From NCBI GenBank assembly GCA_046563655.1, contig CM102290.1:13640001-13704000 (forward strand): a stretch of DNA of 64,000 bases. The letters are read 5' to 3'. The position numbers were made by a program, and so were the translations under genes. The stretch comes from Yuukianura sp. NJ FZ-2021. Lineage: Eukaryota. The notes beneath the pieces were generated by a model that saw only the letters and a list, made by a program, of their open reading frames with translations, was not told the origin of the DNA and searched no databases. Shown piece after piece: positions 14,001-29,000 of the stretch (its first letter is position 1; the number at the start of each line of letters is the position of its first letter).

Positions 14001-17000
14001 AATTTTATCCGGATTTATCCATTTATCACCTGGACAAAATGATAAAAAAAAGTGGACATCCACTGGTTTTTGGAGACTGCTTTTAACTTGGGTGGTGAGA
14101 TCAAATGTGATGTAACCAGAGAGTTTACGATATCAGAGAGAGTTGCTATAAGAGAGGTTTTTCTGTAAATAGGGATAAGACGTAGTGTTTTAACGTCCAC
14201 CATCTGTCCAATTCTTCTAAATAGTCCAATCTTCCAACACAACTCCCCCACCTAAAATGCTACAAATTACACAGCCAATCGCTTCTTCATATTTTTTTCC
14301 CGCCAAGGATCGAAGAAGAGGCCTAACGTAGAGTAGATAAAGTGTCTCTCTGAATTAAGAGCCAAACGTGATGTTGAATTGTGTTAACACTCCTAATAGG
14401 TCTACTTTTAATTGGACTTTTACTCAAGAGCAGGAGGCCTGGGATGGGCGTTGTGCCTAGAAAAAGTTGATTCCATCAAGACATCTTCTGGACTGCTGGA
14501 CGTCGTGGACCCTGTCCAATTTATCAATTAAAGGAGCCGGTTGAGTCGTGATGGACCTAAGCGAGAGACGTGGATGGATGGACAGAATGGAATGACTTAA
14601 GGGCACTTTGCTCATGCCATGGCAACAAGAGGCCAGGAGTCAAGGCCCTCCCAAGTCCAGTCTTAAAGAAAGCAGTAAAAGCGGAATGGTGGAACCATGG
14701 CCCACTTGGCTCCATGCCCCCCGAGAAACATTGAGAAATGAAAGTTGTTTTTCGCCCGCCTCCCGCCTCGACTCAGACCAAGAACTGTGAGATTGATGTA
14801 TGAATTATAGATAATATCTCCTTTCATTATGAGATCCCTTCCCTTCCTTCAATGCATTTCAACTACTTTCAACTTCTGAATCTCCAGAGATTAGTCGCCT
14901 TGCTCAAAAGAACAGTTCCAGCACAAGCCAAGAATCAAAACTTCCGTTCTAAAAAAATCACTCGTTCCAACACACTTTCTTCCTCCGCCTTGTAGTTACT
15001 CCCTTCGTCCTACAGAATCAAGGGACCTTTAAATCGCTCCCTGGATTTACGATCAACGCTCCAATTTTGCCTTGTATTGAACGCCACCAAGGTTTGTTGA
15101 CTTTGATTTTCTTTAATAGGTTGGGTAATACCTCATGTTTTCTTGATTTTGCAAAAAAAAAAGTAACCTTTCATCTCAGCGTATCGTAGTCATAACAATA
15201 CAGCCGAATTTTTTAAATTTTGCTTACGAATTGGTACCATTTTTGGATTGGTACTTAAATTGGTACCAATTTGTTTTCGCTTATTTGTCAACAAGCAAGG
15301 TAGTGCCCAAACTGTTAAAGAAAATTCGCTTTTCGTTGTCAAGGAACCTTGGAACAGGACGACCACGTCCGAGACTATTTTCCCGTCCCACTTTCATTTC
15401 CAAGTCACAGCATCTCCTTCCCTCCTCAAATCAAACCAAATACTGAAATCCCATCGTTGCCTGTTAGGGTAGCTTTCCGATTCCATCCTTTGCGAATGGA
15501 ACATGATAGCTCAATGGTTAGAGCTCTTCCCAGATTGGAGAGATGTGGGTTCAAGTCCCACTCGGTTCTTTATTTTTTTTGCCCTATAATTCTTTGTCTC
15601 ACAAGCCATGTGAGGTAGAAGTCAAGTGATTTCGAGACTAGGTGACATAAGTTGACATGACATGGACTCATAGGAGTTCACAGAGTAGAACTAATGTGAA
15701 TAATTTTATGACGAGGAAACGGAAGCTCTGGGTGGGATTTAGACTTCAGCCAGAAATGGAGGACGTGGAAATTAATTTCGCTGGGTATAGAATGGAAACA
15801 AAGAGATTGGAAGAGGTCGGAAGTTGAGTAATTACAGAGGAGCGTGTAAATGATAAGAAAGACCAAAGTTCAAAAGATAGAATCCGGCTCTGGATCCATG
15901 AATAATCAAAAGTCAATTTCAGAGAACCGGGTTTTTAGCCTTTTGAGGATGCGGGAAAACCTGAGGAGAACAGAGAGGCTTTTCCACCGGGCTTTCTCTC
16001 CCTTTTCCAAAAAGAGCCTTAATTGCCCTACAAAACTACAACAACTCCTCTTCCTTCTCAGAATAACTGAAGAGGGTAATCTCGGGGATTAAGCCAATTC
16101 CCCACTTAACTCCCCACCCACCTCCCAAAAACGTTATGTTTCATTCACACATGATTTGACATTTCTCCTTCCCCGAATCAATAAACACTAACTCCGAACC
16201 CCAACATAACCAAATACTCCCCATCACTTAACCAACGGCATAACTCGACCACTTTATGACCATGCACAGCGGAAACGACGTGATCATATCGCACATCGCC
16301 CCATTCCAGCCATCTTGGCTCCAAAAACCGCTGCACCAAAAAAACCCTTGAAAATATATAAATACTATGTACATATAATAAATTAATAAATAAATATATC
16401 AATAAATAAATATATATAAATAAATGAAAAGCGCGAATTCCATAAGTTGGCAACACTGCATCTACATTACCAATGAAACACACCCTTTTAAAAACCCTAA
16501 CCTACGCCCCAGTAAGGTTCAGTTCCACTGTTGCCATTTTGCTCAATTTTCGCGTTAGGTTACGTAATACCACAGTTCTTTATCTACGCTTATTGTTTTC
16601 GCGCAAATGAGGTTCAGTTCCACTGTTGCCAACTTGCTCAATTGGCGCTTATTGTTTTCACGCTAATGACCTGCAACGAACTATGGAGGGACAGGAGAAA
16701 ACAAAGGCTGTTGATCTGGGAATGTTGGAGAAAGTAAATTACAGGTTTCTGGTTGGTCTCCCTTGAGTCCACTCTGTGCAAAGCCACGAGGGGAAAGTCT
16801 CACTTTTGAAATGGGGGAATTAGAAATGCAAAGAGAGGGAATTAAAGGAAAAGATTGAGCCAGGGATAAGAAAGAGAGAGCGTGGAGGGAGGGATGAAAG
16901 AAAGTCTTTTCATAACATGTACAGCGGAGAGAGTCCTGGTTTTCAACTAAAGGGAGTTTGTTAAGCATTGGATTTTTTGGAACTAGTCCCACTCCCATAG

Positions 17001-20000
17001 TCAAAGTTCCCTTGACTTGCATTTGGCCAACACGCCAGAATAGGAGAAGAAAGAGAGAGACTCCTGAGCTCCCAAGTTAATACAGATTAGTTAATATTTC
17101 ACCAATATTCCTCTCCTTCCAGAAGATGAGACGGAGGAAGTTATTATTGTAAAATTCATAGAAAAGGAATCTCACAGGACCTTTCTCTTCTTCAAAGGAT
17201 TTCTCCTGTGACGACAGAGTGGAGGCACACGGAACACAACGGACTAAACCTAAACTACCCGGCTCTTTTCCATCTCTGATCATTCTGATTAGACTCTGAA
17301 TCTATTCACTTTTGGCAGGAACACAACCTCTAACTAACAAAAGTTAGGGTTCAGCCCCTACTTTCTCCCAACACGACATGCCAAACACACAATCCCCTTA
17401 ACCCTCATGTGTCATAATCTCAACCTCCAAACTTAACTCTTTCAAACAAAGTCCAAGTCAACGATTAGCTAGTCATTTTAGTACACAAAAGAAAAAAAAG
17501 TTGACCAAACAACTTCATTGAGGCATGCAAACCGCAAGAAGTCTTGCCGCTCACCATCAAAACTTCTTACAAAACTTTTTCATACTTTCGCTTTTCTCCT
17601 ACAAAATTCCTAAAATGCACCCCACAACACTTTTTGAACACACAAAAAAGAATCGAGCCAAACAACATGAATTTGACAGTAACACGAAATTTCGTCGATT
17701 GAATTACTGCTAAACGAATTACTTCGAAAGGTAAATTACTACGAAAGTTTATTTTAAAGTAAAATTAGGCTATCAGAAATCATAAAGTTAAGTTTAATTA
17801 GGGTAAGTATCGTTAGCAGAGATGCCAAAAGTACTTACTAAAAACCAACGAAATATTTAAATAAATACAATATTTAATGGCAAAGTACGAAATATATACG
17901 AACTTAAAGGGCATGGGTAAATAAATAAATATTCAGTAACAAAAATATCCAAAATATTGATTTTGATAACATTAAATTCATGGGAACTAAATATTTTTGG
18001 CAGGGTCATTAAGGCTGGGTTTTATTTGCTTGACAACTACTTTTCGAACTAAAAGTTCAGTATTCGTTTCGCAATAATTCATTCGCAGTAATTCATTCGA
18101 CGAAATGGAATGGAACTGAATTTCACTCCAGTCTAACACTATGGCCACTATGGCGTCTCATGGGAGAGTGGTTGGCTAAAAGTCACATGACAGTGTACAT
18201 GGTAGTTAATTAAAGTAAGCCACCAGCAGAATCATGTCCAACTTAATTACGAAATTCTAAATGAGATGATGGGTGGGAGGGTGGTTCTGGTGGGACCGTG
18301 GTGGTGGTGGGCAAAAACCTCACGTGACCAGGCACATTATGTCTCTGGAATAAGGTGACAGGAGGAGCAGACTTTTTGTCGTTTGGGGCGGAAGTGACCA
18401 GAGCATTAGTAGACAGATCGTAAATGCCAACGGACCTAAAAATCCATGGACACCGTAGAAATGGAGCCTAATTTCCCAGAAATCGAAGGATGATGAACGT
18501 TGAGGCACACTATGGTGAATGTTTCTAATGAAATTAATAAGTTAATGGCATTAAGACAGGGTGATGGGGGATAACGCCCACCGACTATTCTCTTTCTCCC
18601 GAGTCAACATAACCTCCGACACGAAACTTTGACAGACAGCACTAGTAAGTAATCACATTTCCAATTTTATGGCAAATTTAATCGGTCAACTCGGTCAAAA
18701 TGAGGTTAAAATTTTTCATCAATTCACAACAAATGAGTTAAATTTGTCAAAATCTAACAAAAAAGTTCAAAGGATTTTTCATGTTCAAATTTTTACATTT
18801 TGATGACCATATCTGATGAGATTGGTTTTTGAGTTTTGAAAAAAGCTAGACAGACGGACATGACTTTCCCATAAAGTGGTTTCCGCTACTTAATAAGCGG
18901 ATCAAAGACAGGCCTTTTGATCTCTCTTTCTCTGATATTAGAAAGTACAAAGAAAAAAAAAGACGTTAAGAAATTCATTTGTAGCCGCTGAGCCGTGAAG
19001 AGCCACTGGAAGAATGAAAACAGCTCATTTCCAAGGCTGGAGAGGAAGAAAGAGGGCCTGGTGCATTGTGTTGCCATAGCCCTTAAGGATTCGATTCCCA
19101 CAATCGACTCCCACCCATTGAGGAGCGACATGGAATTAATCCCCGATCCGGAAAAAGAATGTTTCATTCCTTTTGTCTTACGCTTTCCAACCCACCAGTC
19201 CACAATTCCATTCTCTCTCTCAAATACTTACAAAAAAGTAAAGGAATTGAAACAAAGACATTCGCCCATAAATCGCTCTGCGACGACTATATCAAACTAC
19301 TATAATTTTCCATTCCAGTTCGCAGATTTCCACCTTTTGTGGTTGGGCTCTATGTCAAAACAGCCAAATCAAAAACAGCCGTTGCCAAAAGAGCCAATTC
19401 CGAAAGCGCCAATTGTTAAACTAGACGAGTAAACCTCATAACATATGCTAACCTAACTTAAATCAAATCAAATCAAACTTCAAGTACTAAAAAACTCTTG
19501 TTTTCCGATGTTCCAGCAATCAGCTGTTTTGGAATTGGCTCTTTCGGAAATTCGCTCTTTTTGATTGGCTCTTTCGGAAATTCACTATTTTTGATTGGCT
19601 CTTTTGGCATCGGCTCCTTTTGGTTTGGCTGTGCTACGCTGTGGTTGCTTGGACGAAAAGTATTGCTCAGCGACTGTCAATTCAAGACCAGGACACAAAA
19701 TGTCAAGGCCAAAGTAAGTGCAGACTAACAACTAAAGTCTACAAGTATGACGAGAGCTTTCCAAATTTTAAAGAAGCGTCAAGGGAACGGAGGAAGTGAG
19801 TCGTACAGAGTTTTGAGTCTCTGAATACTTAATTCCAATTACGTAATAATTGATGTGCGGAGACCTAGCTCACTTCAGCACTTGTACTACGACTAAAAGG
19901 AAGACTTAAACTCAAACTTTCACCAAGGGAGAGACTTCCTTTTGGATACAAAAGCATGTCATGAACAAAACACATAAGCAAACTTAAAACTTGTATAGTA

Positions 20001-23000
20001 GCTTCTTTCCAACCCAACTAGCGGTCGTTCCGCATTGCCCCCTCATATTTTTCTGGAAGTTGAAGGAGAACTTTTTAGTTTCGCATCACAACCACTCCGG
20101 CCCTATACGACTTTCTCTCCAAGACTTAAAAAAACTACAAAACATCAAAAGAACTTTTAACTTTCCTGATGAAACAACAAAAGGCGCATATGAAGGAAAT
20201 TCCTATCGAGGAAGCCCAAGACAAAACAAAGATTTTCTTAAACTTGAGTAAAACATAAGGCTAAAAGCCCCTCGTCCATTTTCTCTCGAATTTAGAAAAG
20301 GGAGGCCAAATAAATCAAAATAAAAGGAAAAGTATTAGACAAAATGGGGCAGGAGAGTACACAAACCAACGAGAAAAAGTAAAAAAAAAGTGAAGAGAAA
20401 ACAATGACAGAGTTCCAGTCTGCTTTCTCCGCCATTGCAAACCATTTAAAATGCACACAGAGTGAACATATGAAACAAAAATGCGACAGCGGAGGAGTCG
20501 CAGAAAAAGATTTCTGTGCCTCCAACTTTCGGTCCGTTAACTTCCCTTGTGAAACTTTTCCATCCAATTTCACACATGGATTTCTGGATAACATTCCAAA
20601 AGAAGAAGACAAGAGTGATGAGATGAGAAAAGAAGAAGAAAAGCTACACAGAGAAAGTGGAATTAGACTTTCCATATGCAAACCCCATTTTCTCCAATTC
20701 CAACTCATCATTCAAGTCTTCCAAATTCAGACTCCGGACACAAACTGAAAATCAATTGTTTCACTGGACCAGTTCCTGCTTACTTCAACGGGATAAGCTG
20801 AGAGATAGAGGTCAGAGGGCAAAAGAAAGTTGTTGGATTTGAGCAGAATAAGATGACATGGGATGATGAAACCCAGAATCTTCTTTGTATCTCTTCTGAC
20901 TCGTAAAATTAGTTTAGTGATATTCAGTCACAAGACTCTAGAAATGTCTCCTTTTATCAACCGAAACGCCGCCACTTCAAACTTCCTTTCCCTGCCCACT
21001 TCCCATTCAGTAAAAGTCTCTTCTAATGTATTCCTTTTCATTTGTTGCCGCACTTTGTGCACAAACGTCTTGACATGAAGGGATCTCCGCTTCACTCAGT
21101 TTGATTATTTGAAACAAGCAAACAGGAACATGGTCTCCTGGGACCTCAAACTGCAACGAACTCCAACAAAATCAAAGTCTTTAGTCGGAAAACATTAACT
21201 CCGGCCTTAGTAAACTCCCTTCTGAGCAGCCAGGAATCATGATTCAGAGAGTACGGGAATTAGAAGCCCAGCAGAGTCATAAAAAGAACAAGAAAGGAAA
21301 GTCCGATGTTCTGGTGCTACTTTTGGCAACAATTTTGCACTACTCTGTGCCTTATCCCCATGTGACTCAAGAAAAGAGGCCACGGAGTTCGTCTCCACAA
21401 GTCTATCAGATCCACCACAATTGGTCAATCCACAAATAATTCCTAAACAAAACAGAAGAGGAAACTTTGTGGGTTCTGGAGAAAGTAAATCATGTCCTTC
21501 AGTTTCTCCATTCACAAACAAAAGAGGAAGTCTTGAGGAAAAGGGGACGCAAGAAATACGAGTTGCAAACCCAATTATAATAGCACAGCACACAAAGAAA
21601 AAGAAAAACTATGGATGGTTGTTTGGGCAGAAAAATAAAAGAGCAGCCGTAGAGTACAGGGAATAACAAATGTTGTTGACGACGTCCAACTTTTGTCCAA
21701 CGACTTTCCACGAATGTACAGATTCGACCGAATGTTCTCGTTTGTCCGGAGAAGTTGACTTGACCCAGGGAGAAAGTGACTTTTAAATTCACAGTGCTCA
21801 CTATGTACAATCCTGAGTTTCAAGTTCTTCAACTTCAAAAGGCCAAGGAAAGAATTCCTTGGTTTTGAAACAATTCGCCTAAATATTTTGGTCAAATTCC
21901 TTTCTTTTCTAAACTACGTAAGTCATACAGTAGAATATCTCATTGCGTAACATTTAGCTCCGCCCCTCCCAATGGTGTGAGAGTTGCAGGTAATTAACGC
22001 GAAAATGATAACTGTAAAAATAACAACTTTTTACTCTAACATTTTCAAGCCCAACGCGATTTAGTTCCATTGTTGCCAACTTAGTTCGCGCTTATGGTTT
22101 TCGCGCTAATGACCTGCTAAGGGTGGGATACCGTGACAATTTAATTTTTGGCCGGTTTTCAAAACGAAACAAAAATCTCGCAGATCTAGTATCTCAGACC
22201 GTCTGAGTCAGACGTGTTAGAATTTGGAGCTGGTCGGTATTAGTTCAAACTCTTCTTCAAAACAACCTAACAAAACGTGTTGCTCAACGAGAGGTTCTAC
22301 TGTATTCACTTCACAAAAGTTGACATGGTTGTTTTGGGCAAAGTTCGCAGCTTTTCCAAAAATCAAGGACCTTAATCTTATGTAGTAAGTTCCATCCATC
22401 ACTCGCTTTCAAAAATAAATCCAGGAGCATGCAAAAGTCACAACTCATTTCCATCAGAGGAAAGGCAAGTCCGAGAAACACTTGAGGTTTGGAAAGCGGG
22501 AAACTTTGATTTATATCGCCATGATTAATAGTGTTCATTTACCTTATTGGTTGGTGGTAACTTTATATTTCCCATTTCAACTTATTATACCACACAGCAG
22601 TCTCACTCTCGTCATAAAACTTTAATCAAATTTGTATCTTATCGTAGAGAAAAAAAATAATAAACTAAAAATCGATTTCTCCCAAATCCCACACATTTCT
22701 AATATTAGGCACGACTTGAAACTAAATAATTTCTAGTCTTTGGCTAATAATTACTAATAGACCGCTTTCTCCAAAACTCCGACTTACTTTTTAAATTTTT
22801 AAACAAAACTCGTTCCATGGAAATGTTCAAACTTACAGAAGTTTAAAAAAAACTATGCCTGCATCTGACTTTAGTCTTTTTTTTATTATTTGGCAAAAAA
22901 AAATCGAAATGAGTTTGAGAATTTAAATGTGTTTTTCCCGGTTTGAATAGAATTTGGCAGGAGTAGGGCCCCAGCTGGTTCCAAAACTAAATTTTTGACG

Positions 23001-26000
23001 GAGTTCATTTTCCGTATTTCTTTGTTTCAGATGAAAGTGAAAGGTTAGAGGAGAAAGTTGATGTGGTAGAACAGGGAATGCGTGGGGATTGAATGAAAGC
23101 GGAGGCAGAATGGATGAGTGTCTAAAATAAAAGAAGGGGAAATGGCTCCTGGATCTTAAGCAACTCTCTCGCTTCTTCCATTTTTAGTTGAGCAACGGAA
23201 TTTTATTGGACATTTGAGATTTTACATGGTGCAAGAGCCCAGGAAAGGAAAAAGTAGAAAAACGGGGAGAAAGTTGTGAAAGTCGGAAATTTGACAATGT
23301 GTACTGGGACTGGAAGAAAAAGAGAAAACAAAAGAGGAGCATATAGGGTGGCTTACATGGTGGTATGGTGGCTCCAAAGCGGCTCAATAAAATCCCTTCA
23401 CGGGGAGAAAGGTGGGGAAGGTGGCTCCCTGTCCCACCAATCCTTTTGTTCTCTCCTTGGAGCCAAACTTACAAAAACTAACAACCTCACATTCCCCCCG
23501 CACGTTCTCCTCCGGCTTGGATTACATCAACTTTCTTTACCCACAAAATTCTCACTCCCCTTCCGCTTCGCTTGAAACTTGAGGCACAAAAACCTCTTCA
23601 TCACATCATCATTCCTTGGATCCCATCGCAACTTAAAACTCACAAAAAAAAAAAAACTAAACCCTCAAACGAAACCAAAACCAAAGAGAAATTCTCTCCT
23701 ACTTTCTCTTTTCCATGGATAAGGTCAACGCACCTTAATCCCAAATCCAACCTTATTCTTTTATTAAAAAGCAACAAAAAACTTACGAGATTTCCCCGAA
23801 TGCTGCAAAAGCTTCTCTCAACGTCTGTGTCTCAATTTCAGGACTTAGATCTCCCACAAAAATATGATAATGCTCTGAAAAAAGAGAAAACAAAACACAG
23901 TTAAATTCATACTCAATTTCTTCACCGTCAATAATCCAAACGAAAATTTTTGTGCATAAAAATTAGCCTGAAATCTACCCTGATCAATTCAAAAAAAACA
24001 TCTCCAGGTTTTTGGCAAGTCCCGTTTTTTTCCCGGAAATTTTGATTAATCCACTGGTTTGCACCAAGGTTCCTAAACACGGAAATAGTTTTTTCTTCAA
24101 CCGGTTAGGCAATAACTGCAACTTTTTAAATTTTATTAAAAAATTAGCAAAACTTGCTTCACTGTACATTCCTATGGTAATGATTTATATGTAATAAAAT
24201 GGGATTGGCGGAAGAAATTGGTCCGGGTGGAATTTTTCGTAAACAGAACTTATTGCCGAACCTGTTAGAGGGAAAACTATTTTGTTGCTATGGGAACCTT
24301 GGGTTCGCACTGTCGGAGGAAGTCGTAGTTGGTGGCAGGATTAAAAACAAAATGCGTACAAGTTCGGATAATGCGAGGTCGAGAATAATTGGAGATGAGT
24401 TGTGAAGTGAGTTGAGTGAAATTCAAAGTGGAGAAATGGAAATGTTGTTTTCTCCCATAAAAGTTTCTGCTCTATAATTCTCGAGAAGTCATCAAATTAT
24501 TTTCTCAACATGTACACAACACAGAGAGAGACTTTCTGTTCCGCTCCTCGGAAGCACACCATACGACTCAACATCTTCTGAGAGATGAGAGGAAGGAAAA
24601 GACTTGATATAATACTAAAGTGACACAAAGGAATGGGCAGGAGAATTACTCTTGACAGTGGGGTGTCCTCTGCCCCACTTGATGAAATGAACGCAACATT
24701 CAACCAAGGGTGGAAATGCATCAACGTTTTGGCAATTGATTGCCATTTTTGGCAAGCACAATCTCTCTCTCTCTTTTCACTTTATGGAGTCTCTCACGTT
24801 GGGCCCTTGGGTTTCACAATAGCAAGGACGCATTGCTTTACGCTTACCCAAAGCGTTCGGACTGGCAGTGACTTGTATCCACCGCTGTTGTGCCATTATA
24901 CGTTCATCTTACATTAACTTTCTCTTATTGACTTCCTACCCTCGATCCCTTTCACATCAATGTGCAACCAGATTTTGGCACGTCGCCACAACACAAGCCA
25001 CTTCCACACCACAACACCCGCATTCCTCCTGGAAGAGCTTGTTCCGAAATTCCTTCAACACGACACTCAATTCACCAATCACCGCTACACGTTCCGTTCT
25101 CCCAAAATTTGACAAATTGACAACCTCATTTGCATCATGTTTCACCCGGGCATTTTCGTAACCATGGAGGAAATGAAAAGCTCTCGCACCAGGAACAAAT
25201 CCTGAATTCCAATTTATCCTCAAATTCTGAATTATCTTGTTTTCAAAAACATTTTCGCGAAAGATTACGTTCAAAGTAGAGGTGTAAATTTGGATTTTTG
25301 TTGTGGATTGAATCCGGATTTAAATCCGGATTTTTGACAGCTTCAACCCAATCCAAAACTAACCTCCAATGAAAACTTAAAAAAACATTCCTTATTGGAA
25401 ATCCAATGCACTCTGAAATTCGTATTTTTTAATTAAAATCAGTCAAAATCAGAAATCCGGATTAAATCCGAATTTTTAATAAAAATCCAGAATCCGGATT
25501 TAAATCCAAATTTTTAATATAAATCCCAAATCTGGAGTTAAATCCGAATTTTTGAGTAAAAATCCGAAATCCGGAATTAAATTCGGATTTTTTAATCAAA
25601 ATCCGTCACAATCCGATATCCGGATTTCTAGAAAGCGGTAACAGATTTACATGCTGAGTTGTAAGACACGGAAATCGTTAGAAAAGTACGGATCTGGACG
25701 GGGTGACATCCTCTCTATCATATACTTATCGACAGAGGGTGATAGAAGAGAATGTTGTAAAAAATGCATTCAACAGGTACGTATAACCAAAGGAAGGTAA
25801 TGCTAGTTTGACTCTATCGGACTCAACTTACACACTCATCTCTCACCTCGTTACACAAACAAATCCTAGTCCTACAAAAAGAACTTTCTCTCGCGCCCTT
25901 TCTCCCATTTAGTCTGTCCATAGGCCGCAAAGTACTTAGTTCCGCCAACTCACTACTTTCTTTCACTTTTCCCGCCAAAATCCCTCCCGCATCCACCGTT

Positions 26001-29000
26001 GACTTATTTGAACTCATTTAGAATTAAAAACTCCATTTGTATGACAGGAAGCAAAGGAAGTCCTCCCTGTTGCTCCCACCATGCTATTTGGCCATACCTG
26101 ATTTGTTAGTGTTGGGCTTAGGGCCGTCGAGCGGTGGTTTCGGCGGAAGAGCAAGAAGTGGCATATGCTGAGAAGGTGCTGCTCCCATGGAGGTCATAGT
26201 TGCTGCTGTGGGGAGCATGAGAGCCGACATGGTGGCCAACATGCCGCTGGGATGACGAAGGAGCGGGGAAGTCAAAAGCCCTGCCGGCCCTGACGGACAG
26301 CAGCAGTTAGCCGGGAGATACACTTTGGCATGAAATGGGGGTGGACTGATCGTAGATGGGAACAGAATTTCGGATTCCGTTTTGACAGCCGAAACAAAAC
26401 TGGACTCAAAAACTTACGAGTTCCGTGGAACTGGTTGGCCTAAGTTGCCAAGTGAGTCGAACCATTCAAAACGACGAATGGATGACCTCAGGTCACAGTT
26501 AGGCCTTTCACCAATGGATCAACAGTGACAATGTTGTTGGCGGGGGTTGAAGGAGCAAAAGTTTCGAAGGAACAGAGTACAGTAGCGTCTTATCAACAGG
26601 TTCGGAGTGAATTGGGAGCCGTTGGAGAGAGATGTCCTTCTGCCTGGGATGAGTAACAACAAGTGGAACAAATTGTTGGGCAGACGTGGAGAGAGAGGCA
26701 GTGGCGTATGGAAACTGAGACCAGGAGAAAGTTGGTGGGAGAGGAGCGGCTTTCTGCACTTATGCGACGCAGGCCGACCTCAGCCGACTTTGTGCTCTGC
26801 TCCGTCTCCCTTTGGACAAAAGAACTTGAGAACCAGGGCACAGACAACTCTCCGTGAGTGGCTCAGTGAGGAGCTACAAAGACCCAAAGTGGAATTCTAA
26901 AAAGAAGTCTACCAGTCAAAAGTACACCCAAAATATTCTGCCCCTCCACACTAACTTTCACCCCCTTCAGCACAAATCATCTCCTGTCACTCGGAATTGT
27001 GACTGACAATAGGAGCTCCATGCCCAGAATTACACCCAGACGCCTGTAAATACGCTTTGCCCATTCCATATTCTCATCCACAAACCTTGACGAAACAATG
27101 GAACCTATAAATTCATCTCTCCACTCTCCTCTTGGAATCCCAATGTGAGCAAAGTCACAATCAAGGTTCCTTGACAACGAAAAGTATATTTTCTTTAACA
27201 AGTTGGGTACTACCTCGCTTGTTCACAAAAACAAACAAACAAAAAACAAAGAAATTTAGTATCCAACAAATTGGTACCCATTCTTATGCAAAATTTAAAA
27301 AAAAAATTAGCGGTATTGTTATGACTACTATGCCCCGAAATGAAAAGATACCTTTTTTTTTTGCAAAATCGACAAAACATGAGGTATTACCCAACCTGTT
27401 ACAGAAAATCATAAGTCAACAAACCTTGGTCACAATCCTCAATCTTAAGATTCCTACGAGGTAAAATTCCATTTGACTTTTGTTCCATCCGTCCACTACA
27501 AAACCCTTCAAAAGTAAGTGGAATCTGGTTGAACAAGAAGAGAAATAAGCCAAAGAGAATTGACAGTTCTGTCAGCAGAGCCCATTTCCATAAACCCAAC
27601 TTGTCAAGGGTGTCTGTGAGCAGAATTTGAAGAACAACAGAAAGGAGAAATCCCCGGGAAAAGTAAAAAGTTGGTAGTTTGCGAAAGAACGAACCGGTCA
27701 AAGCCTAATGTACCTTTCCTAATAGGACAGACAACCATCCGCACCAGAGATTGGAATGCTAACTCAACAAAACACTGATCTCCGCAGACAGGCAATTGAA
27801 AGGGAGTCAACGTGACATGGTTCACTAAAATTTACACAACTTTTACACAGATACCAAGATATCCGCTACCCAGATACTTTGGCTTTGGAGAAACCTCTCC
27901 CCAATATTCCCCAATTGCTTACACAACAGAAAAAAAGAGAGGAGCAAAAGTTGAACAAAGACAAATTACATCTCGATTTGGCACTGGAAAATAGAAAATA
28001 ACAATCAACAAATCTGGGCAGTGAAACCGGATGCCCCAAGGTGCCCGCAAGTGATTTCTTATGCTGCCCACGACCAGCATTTCCAGCATTCCCTCTTCTA
28101 ATTTCCTTCGGTCACTCTAAAATTAAAGTCTCATTTCAATTCACAGCCAGCGTTGGAATGGATTTCAAGCTTTTCTTTTGCAACGCTCCCAAATTAGCAA
28201 ATAATGGGAACAGGACACTTAAGGGCCTTAAATCAAATTAGGCGAAAAGAGTTGGATGTGCTAAATGCAGCCTTCTAGGACAAAAAAAACTGCTCCAAGT
28301 TCAAAACAATGAGACATTTACACAAAATGTCTAACTTTCTCCTTCGAAACTTTTGGAAAAATCATGCAATTCAACAATTCTACTTCTACTTCTTCTTTGT
28401 GTTTTGAACCTTTCGAAAAGCAAAGTAACAGAGGCTTTGCGTTACAAATTATAAACAAAGTAAAGTAGAACTAAAATTTACGGTCTTATAGAAGTAGAAT
28501 TTTGTCTCCGCTTCAGCTTAGGGTGTGAGTGAGGTCTAAGCTTCCATAAATGAGAATACATTGACCGAAGAGGTGAAAGTGAGGGAAGCTAATTCCCAAT
28601 TCAAATCTTAAAATTTTAAGAAGTAACATCAGCAATCACAAGTTTTCTATACGCCCACGTCAGGGGATAACTTCTGTATTTTCTTGCATATAACCCGCTC
28701 TCGCGTATAACGCGCACCATCAAAACAAAGCCAAATGTATGGGTGGGAAAAACGCGTTTATAAAATATTTAGAAATTCGTCAATTTTAACAAAAAAAAAT
28801 TCTTTTCCGCTTCCCAATTTTCCGAAATTTCACAGATAACGCGCGCGTTATGTGCGAGAAAATACGGTACTCTTCTGTCCATAAAATTGTTCCACTACGA
28901 ACCGCACAGATAAAACGCTCAAGCTGACTTTTAGAAACCAAAGTGTCATGATTACCCGGCACCCCGCTCTCTTTTCAAAATAAAAATGTTATGACAATTA

